NCBI GenBank assembly: GCA_030141605.1
Contig: JAQGDQ010000137.1
Location: 456,796 to 520,795 of the forward strand
DNA: 64,000 nucleotides
Reading direction: 5' to 3'
DNA from: Tubiluchus corallicola
Taxonomy: Eukaryota > Animalia > Priapulida
Below, piece by piece: positions 1-12,805 of this stretch (the first letter of the stretch is position 1; the number at the start of each line of letters is the position of its first letter). The position numbers were made by a program, and so were the translations under genes. A model generated the notes under the pieces. That model searched no databases. It was not told where the DNA came from and saw only the letters and a list, made by a program, of their open reading frames with translations.

Positions 1-472
1 TTACTTAGTGAGTCTATTTGGTGAGCTACTGCGAGTTTACTTGGTAAGCTAGCGTGAGTTTACTTTGTGTTTACTGGGTGAGCTAATGCAATTTTACTTG
101 GTGAGCTACCGCGAGATTACTTAGTGAGTCTACTTGGTGAGCTAACGCGAGTTTACTTGGTGAGCTAACGCAAGTTTACTTAGTAAGCTAATGCGAGTTT
201 ACTTAGTGAGTCTACTTGGTGAGTTAACGCAAGTTTACTTAGTGAGTACACTTGGTGAGCACACTTGGTGAGCTAACACAAGTTTACTTAGTAAGCCAAT
301 GCAAGTTTACTTGGCGAGTCTACTTGGTGAGCTAACGTAAGTTTACTTAGTCTACTTGGTGAGCCACCACGAGTTTACTTAGTGAGTCTATTTGGTTAGC
401 TACCACGAGTTTATTTAGTGAGTCTACTTGGTGAGCTACTGCGAGTTTACTTGGTGAAAAAACTCTTTAGTG
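1..472. repeat. Complex tandem array (13-bp GAGTYTACTTRGT and ~23-bp GAGTTTACTTGGTGAGCTAACGC units), probably subterminal repeats of a CACTA/CMC-type DNA transposon end, in a GEN1 intron
   Basis: Repeated units visible from 1 to ~457; the array ends in ...AAAAAACTCTTTAGTG, whose reverse complement starts CACTA. The other end lies outside the window. Confidence 0.7.
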
Positions 473-1282
473 TAAATGCAGTTAGTTCACAAATAAACTG
501 AAGTCGAAGAACAGAAATTTAATAAATGGTTTTACAATCTAAAATCTCAACTAAGCAATAATACTATAATGTAAAAAGTAATTTTTCACAAGACATTGAT
601 CGCATAGAAATACAGCGAAATACAAAATATCCGCCCTACATCAGTGAAAAGGTTTATACATTCAGTAATTAAAATTCAAATAGTTTTTTGTGTCAACTGT
701 GACTTATATTCCATAAATGTTTGCATAATAACACCATCCAGATGGGAGATATTTATTACTGAAGTACAATCACTACAGACACAATATACAAAGCAGTTAA
801 AAAAATGGATGCAGGCTTAACTGCTGCGTTTTGAAATATAAGCATTTTTCGTTTTACGAAAAGTGAAATTTTAAGAAACATTCTAAATTAACCAAAATGT
901 AATTCTAAAAATCTCAAATCCATTTATGCAATTCAAAATATATGGGCATGCACATGATTCTATCTATTGATAAGTTTTATTCCTAGTAATTTACAGTCAC
1001 TAGGTAACGCTGTTCAGTTGCATGTCCTGCAGACTATATCTATGAGTTTGATTTCCAGTAGGTAAAAGCTGATTGCATGGAGCAGCAAGAAACCTGACAT
1101 GATGAATCAATCAGAAAAAAATCGTTGTTCAGTTTCACTGATGATGTTTTAGACATTAATAAATAAAAAAGGTAAGTTTTAAAGCACTTGCAGCAATCTT
1201 GAGGTGATTTCAAAATTGTCTTAGCACTAATGAGTGACGTATAAAGCATTCAAGATAGTTAAGATTTTGAGAGCCAAATTAC

Positions 1283-4200
1283 CTGGATGCAAGCAAATCT
1301 TACAGTGTTTGACCTTTCCAATTGACTTTACCATAGGCAAGTTGTCGAAGTAATTAGTTTCGTCAGACCACTGGCGAAACCTACAAAAGCATACAAATCT
1401 CAATGGCGACCATTAGATTAAATATGTGAAAAAGGTAACATTCAAATTCACTCAGTAGGGATGATATGGAAATGAAATATGGTTTGGAGAACAGAACTAA
1501 AGACATCATTTCCGCTCCGATTTTAGTAACCTCCAGAACTACCAACTGCTAAAACTAACTACGTGGTTTATAAAATTTTGCATAAAATCGTTAGTATGTC
1601 ACGAAATCAACTTTAATTTCTTATTAAACTAATGAAATACGATGTTTATCATTTATTTATGCTAATTTTTTATAAAAGAACCTTTGCGCTGCAATCACTA
1701 AGAAGTATACGCACAGCAAGATTAATAGCCAAATTTTTTTTCAGACTAAAGTCTTGGTTAACTTCAGGTTCTGGATGTTTACAGCAGTCCTACACACGTA
1801 ACAGACTAATAAAACTAGAGAGCTTTAGTTCACAAATGGGGAATAAGACTAGAGAGCTTTTGTTCAGAACTGGAGAACAAAATACAAAATTAGCAATCCT
1901 AAACCGTACAGCACAGCACATTTGCTTGTAATTTTAAACATTCTAAAGGACGTTTTGTCTACAGTCAACTTAATTAAAACCCAAGTTACAAGAAAAGAAA
2001 TGAAGCTTAATGTAAAAAATATGTAACACCATTAGAGGTTTTGCAGATGAAATACGTATGTGGCACATAATGTTTTTACAGAAAGAGACCTAAATTTTAC
2101 ATGTAATAAATGTAAGAATGACTTTTATTTATAATATAATGACTATATATATTAATCAAGCTGATAATGCAAACAAAATTGCTAAATTAGTGTGCAACAG
2201 ATTTGAACGCGAAGTTATTTTCAAGTTTAAATTTGTGATACTATGATAGTGAAAAGCCATGTAATTAATAGAACAGTGATATAAATGTGTTTGCTGTAGT
2301 TGAAATGCCTAAAGTTAAAAACTATCGTGCAGTTATAAGTGAGCCTTCACACACAGAAGGGAAACAATAAATTTACTGTTTCCGTAAATCAAACGTAAAG
2401 TAATGCAATAATCACCTCTCCAAAGGACTGATTTCTTCTTCGTCAAAGAAGTCCAAAAGCTCCATAGCTTTAGCTGTACCTATACCAGGTATACCCTCAG
2501 CTGCATAATCACAGCCAAGCATAAGAGCCAAAGCAATTAACTTCTCTCTAGACAGAGCCAAATCGTTTTGTATTCTTTGCATCTGATAGCATTCTGCGTG
2601 GGCATCCTGCAAAAGAAAAAAATCCATAAAATCCAACGACTAAGTGACAGGCATAATGGTTAATAATACTAATGGTTTAAACACATTACATAAACTATTA
2701 ACGACAAATATGACCAACAAGAAAATCACCTTAGCTATAGTAAAATTTCGATACACTGTCTTAGCACCATATAAAAAAGTGTCACTATCTTCAGTAATGA
2801 CTCCATCAACAATCTGGAAAAGAAAATTAGAAGAATTTACTAACATAGCAACAATTACTTAACAGTCCAACTCAGCATAGAAATTTTTCTACATATCAAT
2901 TTATTGTCCACATGCATGCATGCATGCACACACGCACACACACACACACATTATCAAATATAACGTTTTTTAAGCAACTCTGCTATGCTAGTCTAATCAA
3001 AAATTATCTGCCTTTTCTTGATCAAGGATGGCACACAAATGTTCTGCTTCGCCCTGGCTCTTTATGTAAGGTAATCCCAGAAAATCTAGCAAGATGCAGC
3101 ACTGAAACAACACAATGTTGCTAAATTAGTATAACCATCCAATACATAAAGTTTTTATTTTAATCAACCTCATAAATGTTATGAACCAGGTTACAGAACT
3201 AGAAATAATTCTAAGTTTATTGTACCACACTATGTCATAATTTTTTTTAAGATGTGAGGTAGTGGTAGTGCTAAATGCTGCACAACCAAAGGAGTTTCTC
3301 AGATCATTAGTAAATGTACTTAATTTACTAAATATGATAGCAAGAAAAAATAGCTAATGTTTATAAGTTTGCATCCTAATAACACGGAGGGAAAAGAAAA
3401 CAGTTTGCTGAACCTTTTACTAATTTGATAAGATTATAGAAACATTAAGAATTCATCAAGTGTTACTTTAAATTGCTTTTAAATGGCAGCAATCAAATTA
3501 GAAGCAAAAGAAATGGTAAAAACATTGCAAAGTCATGTTATTAATCATTTAATTTCAAAGTTCATTTAATATCTTGTACTCACTTCATCAGCTGTTCTTT
3601 GCACATAACTTCGAGAGCTTTTACAGCAATCTGATGAGGAGACAGCGCCCCACTTAGCATGGATTCTCTTTTTTACTGTATCTGCCTTAATGTCAGGAAT
3701 GTTCCCATCCAGGACAAAGATAGGCTTGATATGATGCTGAATCATATATGCTGCCCGAAAAAACAGGTTTCTAAAAAAAATTTGGCAATTTAAATGCAAT
3801 GGTCATTAATTTTAGTTACAAGGTCACCAAATTAGGATGACAATTACAATGCAAGTGCCGTGAACATCATACACTATCGTACGATCTTGCAACATTTAAA
3901 AGAGATTGCCTAAATTTCTTCTTCTTTTTCGATGCATCAGTGCTTAGCTTAAACACTATAGCACGATTGTATTATGTATTTAAACCTGAACGAACCAGTT
4001 TGAATTAGCTTTTACATAACTAGTTGTTTAGGCTATATAGTTTACAAAAACTTATTCTGACATTAACTACTTGTCATAAACTTACTAGATTTCGTGCTGT
4101 TTCACTATCATTTGATAAATGTTCTTTGCATACCAATATTTGTTAGAAACTTTTATGAAAATATAATGTTAATTAGATTTTGAGCACTTAGATACCTATG

Positions 4201-5206
4201 CACTCTCCACTTAAGTCAGTGATTTAAGAATATAAACTTGTAGTTTTACTAACTGGACAAAAGAAAATCATTTTAATTATTCTAAATTTAAATTTATGTT
4301 GTATATTTATCCTAATGTCATCATACATTTTTAGTTTTGGATAGTGCTGCCACCTTCAGGTGCTCTTGTTAAAATTGTTAAAGCTTTCTCTTTACTGTTT
4401 AAATTTTCATTGGCTTCTACAGTCTTTATGAATGCATAATCTCTAAACCTGTTTTCACGCCAAAATGATTTCACTTGTAGTTCTGGTCACTTGGTTTTCT
4501 GCTTTTCAACATGACACTACTTCACTGTTAATGTAGACATTTCAGAATAAAATCTTAAAACTAAATTTCATGTTTTTTGGTTTCTTCAAACCACTAACCA
4601 TACATTATGTAGCTTAATTAAATCATCATCATCACTGCATTGTATTGTAATCGTCTGTGGTTGTAAAAATAAATACTGGTCATGAAGTTATGTAATCATA
4701 ATGCAGAGTAATCAACAAATTCAACATTTCACATTTAATTGAGTCCATTTCGAACTACTAACGTTTAGTAAACGATGAAGTCTGCCATTTTGATTACCGC
4801 CCTCCCTATCCTTTCTGAAGATGAATAAAAAAGCTAACATTAATTTTTTCCAAAGCTTAGCAGCAAGTTTTCTGAAATGTAGATTACCAAACACTTTACA
4901 GCCCAACTCACATTTTCAGCTAAATAGACTAAATGTGCAAAATGGTCAGACTTATAAATACAACTTAGCTGGTCTAGGGAGAGTTGAGCTTTATGACTAC
5001 GATGCAAGTTTAACATCTTACTAATAATTGAAGAATTCACATTTCTACCTAATATGCATATTCTGGGCGTTGCTATATGATTTTACTGTATCATTTTCCA
5101 CCATCCAAGCACTCAGATCAACAGCCACAGTCTTGTGTTTGAGATCTCCAAGGGGCATGTGCTCTTGGACTGGGTCCAGTATACTCCAAAGTCCTTTCAC
5201 ACCCAT
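1283..5206 (-). CDS. GEN1: Flap endonuclease GEN homolog 1 (XPG/Rad2-family Holliday junction resolvase), 5' part; gene continues beyond the left edge
   Basis: Coding exons 5206-5049, 3770-3584, 3101-3012, 2813-2730, 2606-2416, 1380-1283 splice in consistent phase. Motifs: MGVKGLW..VAVDLSAW (XPG-N), NLFFR..FVLDG, GEAEHLCA..VDGVITEDSDTFLYGAKTVYRNF (XPG-I), LGCDY..GIPGIG (H3TH), HCKICLHPG (GEN1-like). Confidence 0.93.
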
Positions 5207-5665
5207 GCCTTTGCCTTGAACTTGGATCAAGAATGGTTCAGCAATCAACTCATTTTTCTTTTTCGGAAAAAGAATAAAAAAAAATTATTTGATTGAGAAT
5301 TAAAATTTTCAACAACAAAGTACGATGTAATACTTTCTAAGCGAACATCAAAGCAAAAAACATTACAAATGAAACAATATTAGAAAATCTGGACGGAGCT
5401 GCGAAACTACAGCTTTACACAGAAAGTGAGGTTTGTGTGGGCTGACATGACAGAATCAAATACCACACACTATGGAGTGAACAATATAAGCCCATACGAT
5501 AACGAAACAACGAGTGTTACAAAAAATCTTTGAAGCAGATACTATCGCTATTCTCTGTTGGACAAAAGGCTGAGAGTAGTTGTACAAGTAGCTGGCACTC
5601 GGGCCAATGCTTAGTCGTCTTGCTTAAAATGTACCTTGCTGAAAAGCTAAGTTATTCATTATAGA

Positions 5666-7241
5666 CAGTGACTAGAGGTACGGATTCGTATCCGGAACTG
5701 CAGCAAGTAAAAATATGGATCCGTGTCTCGAAAGCATTCACTAGAAAATACGGATTGATCCGTACCGCGAAAGACATAGTCGAGAAAATAAGGATTGCCA
5801 TACTGCGAAAGAAATTGACTAAAAATATGGATCAGTGTATCAGGCTTGAATCAGCTTGACATCCTAAGCAAATGTATGCACAAATGATAACGATATGGTT
5901 TTTAAAACTGAATGATTTCTATTATAATGAAAATATTTGAAATTTGTGTAGTTATATCAAATGTAAGAGTTTAGCAGCTCTTACAAATTGGGCCTACTGT
6001 ATATCAAATAAAGACTAAAAAATTTTTATATGTTCGACAATAAATCACAATACAAAGTAAGCAAAAATACAGTTTAGTAGGTTATCACATTCACAACACT
6101 CTGCAGAAATTCATAACACTTTAAGATTTGAACTCTTGCTAAATGGGGTACTTCCATCAGAATGCTAAAGTTTTTGGTAACAATAAGCAAAATAAATTAA
6201 ACAGACTATTAATTGGTAGATTATACAACTCACGGCACTATGTCAAAGCTAACAATTTGCAAGACAATAAAAGGAGATTAACTAATATCTACAGTGTAAC
6301 TATTATATCATAAAGAAAAGTGGTATAATAGTGCAAGTACAGTTCAATAGTATAAGTTTAGTAGTTTAACTATTATATCATCATTTTCATGAAGTGGGCA
6401 TGTACTTTTCAATGCTGTGCAAGTCACATGGTTGAATGCCATATGTCGTACAAACTGTCAAAATCCGTACGTTTTGTAATGTCGCAAAAAGCACGGATAC
6501 ATGTTGCAAAATTAGCTACGAATATGGATCCGTATTGTCGCTTATTGTACCGAGTATACGATTGTAGTATTATGTGACCCATTTAATTGTCAGTCTACTA
6601 CACTAAAGCACTGAATTAGTCTATGCTGCAATCTACAGTCGTTGTTTTACTCTAATTGTACAAAGTTTGTCAGAGATTGATTTTTGTTTCTAAATATTGT
6701 TTCCTTTTGCTTTTACAGATATTCATTAATCAGAGTAACTAGATTGTTAATTTCATGCTTAATTCTGGTTCTAGCTCTTTTATTCAAGTTTAAATAGAGA
6801 AAAATTATAACACAGCTTTCTGTAAACAAATAATCTTCATTCTGCTATCAAAGAAGCCAAGTAGACTTTGATTTTGGTTTAACTAGTAGTCTGTAGAGTA
6901 TAGGTGACCTTTCCATTTATGGTCTGTATGCATGAATGTTGTGTACCTTCCAAAAGGAAGTTTAATCTTTGGTCATGTGATTATAGCTCTATTCTCTCAG
7001 GCATGCAAGTTGCAGTTGATCTAGAGACAGCAATGTTAAAGGATGCAAATTTTCTACTGTTAAAGTAATGTTGAAGAATACAAAATTTCTAGAGTATCAT
7101 ATTGCTAACTTTTATGACCGTTTGTTCAATTTTGTTACTGAAGTGAACATTGTATACATTTTACAATAAAATGATTGCAAATTTCTACACGTATTCAGCA
7201 ATGCAGAAAAGACGAGTACGGATCCGTACCTCTAGCCACTG
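5666..7241. mobile_element. Non-autonomous TIR DNA transposon (~1.58 kb), hAT-like CAGTG termini
   Basis: Left CAGTGACTAGAGGTACGGATTCGTA versus reverse-complemented right end CAGTGGCTAGAGGTACGGATCCGTA; repeated internal GGATCCGTA-like motifs; no clear TSD. Confidence 0.7.
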
Positions 7242-8207
7242 CCTTGCATATTATAATTATGTATTTTGTATTGTTTTCGAGATCATGAGTGGTCTGTAGT
7301 CATTAGTGAACTCAACTAACGTATTCTGATTTAAATGACATGTCAATTAGAAACTGTGGCAGTGCTGGAAATGATTCAAAAGCCCTTAGAAAAAACGTAC
7401 AAGAAGGCTCACGCTGTCACGTTTATTGTACCACTACAGGCGCTTTCACATGTCCATGTACTGCGGTGTCATCCGCTGTGATACACAACGAGGCGGTATG
7501 CGAGTACGCAATACGACGGGAATACTGAACAAGCACTAAAGCCCAACGTAGTGTCAAAGTAGAACAAACTGTGCGCAAAGGCAACAAAATTAAAAACGTG
7601 AACTAGTATTTGCTAGAAAATGGGCACCATGAGATTTCTGGAAATAGTAGATTCTAGAGTAAGCCAAACAAGGACAAGAGTAAGTTCACTTTTTTCGCCA
7701 GAAAATGACTCGTTTAAACCGAAAGCAGCCTTAAGCAATCTGGGACACTAGATCTGGCAATATGTAACAAAACAAACTAGAGTGATTTGAGCGTCCCGTA
7801 ACGACTCTTGGTGCGGCTATATATCAAATCAAATCAGTTATTTTTTTTTATAGTAACATAATTATAATAGCAAGTCAAATGGGAATTGGGAAGGGGTGGC
7901 AATCGTAAAGTTAGAAGTAAACTCCACGTTTTATTAGATACATTTTCTTTCTAGCATCGGTAGCAATTTCTACAAATGCAGCAATAGCACTTATATATAT
8001 ATATATATGTATATATAATAATAATAATATACATAATATTCTATTACTAAACTCATTACACCCTCCCCTTAATAATATGTTGAAAGCAATAATTATTCAA
8101 AAGCTTAATCTTGTTAGGTGCAAACCTAACTGGCTGTACTAAAGTTTTCTTTCCTCTTTCCATCTATAGCAACTCTAACAAATTTTGATATTCTTTTCTC
8201 TGTGCTT

Positions 8208-8570
8208 TAGGGGTGAGCATCGATCGTTCGAATGAGTATTTTCAGTTCCAATTCCATCGGACCTAAAACTACAGGTTCAAATAATTCGGCACTTCAATCA
8301 CATGTTCTTTATCATTAAAACAATTGAAACATCATGTAATTAGCACAATTTAGTTGTGATTCTGTGCACATTTGAAACAAACTATTAGTGGTTTTACTGC
8401 AGAGCAAAATCGAGTAATATGCATGATCTGTGTAAGCCTAATCTTTATTGGTGGTTCGAAAACTCATTCAAAATTTCTCAATTCGAATGCAAAATACTGA
8501 AGTTGGGTTTGAATTTGAAAATCACAAATTCGATTCGAATTCGCTTTTTGGTAGAGAATGCTCACCACTA
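8208..8570. mobile_element. hAT-type MITE (363 bp) with 8-bp TSD
   Basis: TIRs TAGGGGTGAGCAT / ATGCTCACCACTA; identical flanks CTGTGCTT at 8200-8207 and 8571-8578; internal TTCGA(A/T) subterminal motifs. Confidence 0.85.
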
Positions 8571-8625
8571 CTGTGCTTAGGCCTTTAATCATTCTTAACA
8601 AATAAGGCTTACTTTGGTGTTTGCT

Positions 8626-8879
<254 letters not shown>

Positions 8880-9449
8880 ACTTTACTCATATTTTTAAAT
8901 AATTCCTTTGACAACAATAGATCATTACTACAAGTATTGGGATGCACTATTGAAATTATTTTGAAGTACACTTTTTGTCAGCAGAACACTTGTAAATAAT
9001 AGTAGGGTAACACCAGCAAGTAAAAGTGGGGCAATTCTAGAAAATAAACAGCAGTTACAGTACCCACAATTACCATGATTTAAAGACCAACACAAAAGCA
9101 ATCATGAGTTAAATACATTTAATGTTTGCAAGTAAACAATAATTCTAACATAAATTACAATGTGTACCATACTTATGATTGAAAAAAATCAGCTAAGTTC
9201 TTAAACAGGTTTTGAAATAGAGACCAACAAATAAAGAAACACATACTTGTAAATTGCACACATAATGACAACAAACTAACCATAAAGAAGTTTATGATTT
9301 TACATCGATTGTGCTTTGTGTACCAATTTAAATTAAATAGTTTACTAGTTTGTTATGAAATAAGCATATGAAAATGAAACGAGACCTGTTAACATTAAAA
9401 TAATTAGCACATGGAAAAATGATCTATCATTATGCTAATAAACTTCGCA

Positions 9450-10427
9450 TTATGTAGTGTGCTCTAGCTTTGGCCAATTTACTGGCTCAGCTTTTTTTAG
9501 CTTTATCTCCACCTTTGTGCTAGACAGCATTGCGGAGCTCTTACCAATATCAATGACACCATTCAAAGTTATTCGTTTTTCAAATACACTTGTTCCTTTC
9601 TCAAAAGTAATAAATACATTACATATGACTTCGTTTGCTTCCACATAGCTAAGCTGTGGATCAGGCATTTTTGCATACACGGTAATAATAACATGGGAAC
9701 CAGTTTGGTGCCAATCAAAACGACAAGCCACGGCTCTATTTATGCTATCATCTTGCGTTTTTATCCATACATGTTTGCCTAAATTGCAACCTTCTTGTTT
9801 AAGAAATTCGTCAAAATCAGAAGTTCTCCGAACACAGCAACTCCAGTATTTCATGCCTTCATGGAACACGGGTACACCAGGATGGAAAACACAAGTCTCG
9901 TGATTACTCGCTTCACCAGCAAAACTTGACTTGCAACCACTATTTTTGCACACTGTGCCATATGGAACATTTCCATCCTTTACTTCATAATCAGTGACAT
10001 TTTCATTTATGCTAACGGCTTCCATTTGTTTTTCTAGAGCCGTTTTCAGGGAAGGTGCTATAGTACAAGGTAAACGTTGCAACGGTTTATCCTCCGCTGG
10101 TCGTTCCATTCTAGTTGTTGGCTTGGGCCCTTCAACTACAATAACTTTATTTTTTTCTTCATTACTCTGTTTTCTAGGTTTCTCTGGTTCGACGGGTTTA
10201 ATGTTACTGTGAAACCCTTTAGTGCAACCTGGTATATTTAGGAATTCTGTGAAATCAGTTACTTTCTTATTACAGCAACCCCATCCCTTATACGCATCAT
10301 GGAAAACTGGTGCGCCCGGGTGAAACTGGCAAGCGTCTTCTTTATTACAAGTTGGGACGTATTTCGCTCCACAACCTTTGTTATAACACTGCAGCAAAAC
10401 TGACTCCTGATCACCGTCAGATTTCAT
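9450..10427 (-). CDS. CHORDC1: Cysteine- and histidine-rich domain-containing protein (CHORDC1/morgana/Chp-1), HSP90 co-chaperone, single coding exon, 325 aa
   Basis: Two CHORD domains (CYNKGC..CQFHPGAPVFHDAYKGWGCC..PGC..GFH; CKNSGC..CVFHPGVPVFHEGMKYWSCC..EGC..GKH) plus a C-terminal CS domain (CRFDWHQT..KVEIKLKKAEPVNWPKLE). Confidence 0.96.
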   Translation of the reverse strand: MKSDGDQESVLLQCYNKGCGAKYVPTCNKEDACQFHPGAPVFHDAYKGWGCCNKKVTDFTEFLNIPGCTKGFHSNIKPVEPEKPRKQSNEEKNKVIVVEGPKPTTRMERPAEDKPLQRLPCTIAPSLKTALEKQMEAVSINENVTDYEVKDGNVPYGTVCKNSGCKSSFAGEASNHETCVFHPGVPVFHEGMKYWSCCVRRTSDFDEFLKQEGCNLGKHVWIKTQDDSINRAVACRFDWHQTGSHVIITVYAKMPDPQLSYVEANEVICNVFITFEKGTSVFEKRITLNGVIDIGKSSAMLSSTKVEIKLKKAEPVNWPKLEHTT

Positions 10428-11012
10428 CTTTTCAGAAACTTTAACTTGATGACGCCAACTGAGTTGCTTGAATACGAAAAAGGTCTAAGTATTAATTAAA
10501 GCATCACTTTTACCGGAATGAGCAGTAAAAACTAAACGAACTTTCTAGAAAGAAAATGTGACAAAACGCAATATGGAAGCTCTTTAGAGTAATACGCAAA
10601 CCGCCAACTAGGTTTTATCTTCTTATAGAAGATTTTCGTTACAGTCTGGCTGCTGTGCACGACTGACTTTGCATTTAAAGATGTAGTCCTGTTATTTTGC
10701 TAAAAGATTATTAATTTAGTAAAATAAAGTGATTAATGGTGACGAAATGTGAGCACAGCATGGCTTTCTAGTTTCTATCATTGTGGGATGAGAGACAAAG
10801 CTACAATGATTAGGACTTCCTAATTTTATTAATCAATCAGACTGTTGTTTATTCGCCTTTGACTTACTGTGTCATTTAAAATCATTTTGTGCTTTCAAAA
10901 GACGTATTAAAAGGCATCTCTGATTTCTATGAATAATGCTAGAATAGGGTAAAAGTACTGCAAGTAATTGAAGATAAAAAACCGGATGCAATAACATTCT
11001 AACTGTCGGGAG

Positions 11013-11688
11013 CAGAGTAGGACACTAGCCGAAGTAGGACAATTGCAGTACATGGGCTAGCCCAAGTAGGACGCGTCGTACATGGGCTTCTCAAGTAGGA
11101 CAAAGTGACAGGTCCCGAACTGCATCGTTAATCATAGAGGCAATGTCCGTTGTCCTTGTTTATTTAATAGTAATAATTGAAAATGTCAATACATCATACA
11201 ATTTATTGTACATCTGATAAAATAAAAGAGTTATTCTGAGCTAGTTTATCGAACATTATTAAATTTGGCTTTGAGATTAATCTTTTTAAGTGAAATAAGC
11301 CCGCTTTTTGGGCGATTCTAACAACATAAGGTATTATCATTTTTTATTTTATCTCGCTTCACAGACAGACATGATCCGTATCACTACGTGACCGAAGTAA
11401 ACAAAATACATATTTTTGATCTTGCAAAGTGGCACTTTTTATTGATGTCAGTTTGCTCGCTGATTTGGTGAAGAGGATCGTGTATATTCACAGTGTCACA
11501 CCAAACTGATGGCAACTCAGCCAACAAGCACAATTTTTAATAAAATGATGAAACTTTTACAGAATTTTTCAAAATTTGGCAAAACTCTCGATGTAAAGTT
11601 AAAAGAGTGAGAGAAATCGCCACTTGGGCTGCCCATGTACGACACTGGTTTTCTGCAAATTTAGCGCATGCGCTTGTGTCTTACTCTA
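11013..11688. mobile_element. MITE with imperfect TIRs and subterminal AGTAGGAC repeats
   Basis: AGAGTAGGACACTAGC versus reverse-complemented right end AGAGTAAGACACAAGC; GTACATGGGCTAGCCCAAGT mirrored by ACTTGGGCTGCCCATGTAC at ~11622-11640. Confidence 0.6.
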
Positions 11689-12065
11689 GTACATAGTCTA
11701 CATAACTTCGTATTTGTCACTCCCATATATGCAGTATGTGTATAAACACTAATCTTCTATTTTTTGTGGCAAACTTCATAGTGCATTCATTTCTCTGGTA
11801 ATTTAATTTTAGTAAACATGATCAGGATCATCACTGTTTCATCACATCTTTCTTTTTGCCCTTCGCTCTCCATTTTTCTCTGTCATTACTAGCAGTTCAC
11901 CCTCATTTCTGTTGCATTAACTAATCTCTGCTTCACTGTCAGAGTCTCTGTCACGAGCTTTGATTTTTGAGGGCTCTTTGCAAAGCTATTTTGTTGTTGT
12001 ATTTTACAATATTGTACTGTAAGAGTTAATTTCCTTATTTGTAGTTATGTCATGTGAAATGAGTA

Positions 12066-12100
12066 AATTATTATTGTTGTTGTTTTTGTTGTTGTTGTTG

Positions 12101-12131
<31 letters not shown>

Positions 12132-12147
12132 TGTTGTTGTTGTTGTT
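12066..12147. repeat. Compound (TTG)n(CTG)n(TTG)n microsatellite
   Basis: Seen directly. Confidence 0.9.
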
Positions 12148-12334
12148 ATAGATAGCTCAGGAGCATGGTATGATGGGAAAACATAAAAAACTGCTACAGT
12201 GGCTTCACTAATATTTCTATCAAGCTCTTGTGCATAGAAAGGTAAAAATCATAAAGCAATTAATTATTTGGTCTATATATCTTAATGTTAAGATAATCAT
12301 TAATGATGGTACAAACTTACAATTAACTAGAAAA

Positions 12335-12805
12335 ATATGATTCATTCCAAAGATAAAAGACAGGAAATCCGAAACTTGGAATACAGCCTGGATTTGAACC
12401 AAGAACTTTCCACTTATAGTGTAGGTGCCTTGTATATTGTGGGCCACTAGATGACTGTATCTTACCAATGGCTAAGACTGTATAAAGTGCATCCCTTATA
12501 GACAGCCAATTACTTTCAGATTTCCAATTTCACACATTAGTACATTACAAGTTAAAAAATGAAGAATAATGTAATCAGTTAGAATCACCCTAGTGTTAGT
12601 GCTTTAACATAGGAAATACTCAATATAGTTGGCCAGTTGTTAGGGATGCACTTTGGATCATCTCGACTCTCAACCATTGGAAGGTACAATGTCCCAATGG
12701 TATAAGGCATCTGCAATATAAGTACAGTGTCATTGGTTCAAATCCAGGCTGTATCCCAGCTTTTTCACATTTCCTATTTTTCATGTTTGGAATCAATGTC
12801 AATTA
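12335..12805. repeat. Imperfect palindrome with tRNA-like arms (tRNA-derived SINE/foldback element)
   Basis: GGAATACAGCCTGGATTTGAACCAA mirrored by TTGGTTCAAATCCAGGCTGTATCC, and AAAGTGCATCCCT mirrored by AGGGATGCACTTT; right arm 12683-12756 has A-box-like and B-box-like motifs and cloverleaf-like stems. Confidence 0.7.

Noticed and set aside
1040-1249. Cys-containing ORF as the next GEN1 exon
   Set aside because: No convincing phase-1 acceptor and no GEN1-like sequence; downstream exons probably lie outside the window.
12683-12756. Functional tRNA gene
   Set aside because: Mismatched stems and a non-canonical anticodon loop, embedded in a palindromic repeat; tRNA-like traces at ~19860-19920, ~61820-61860 and ~63965-64000 are likewise degenerate.
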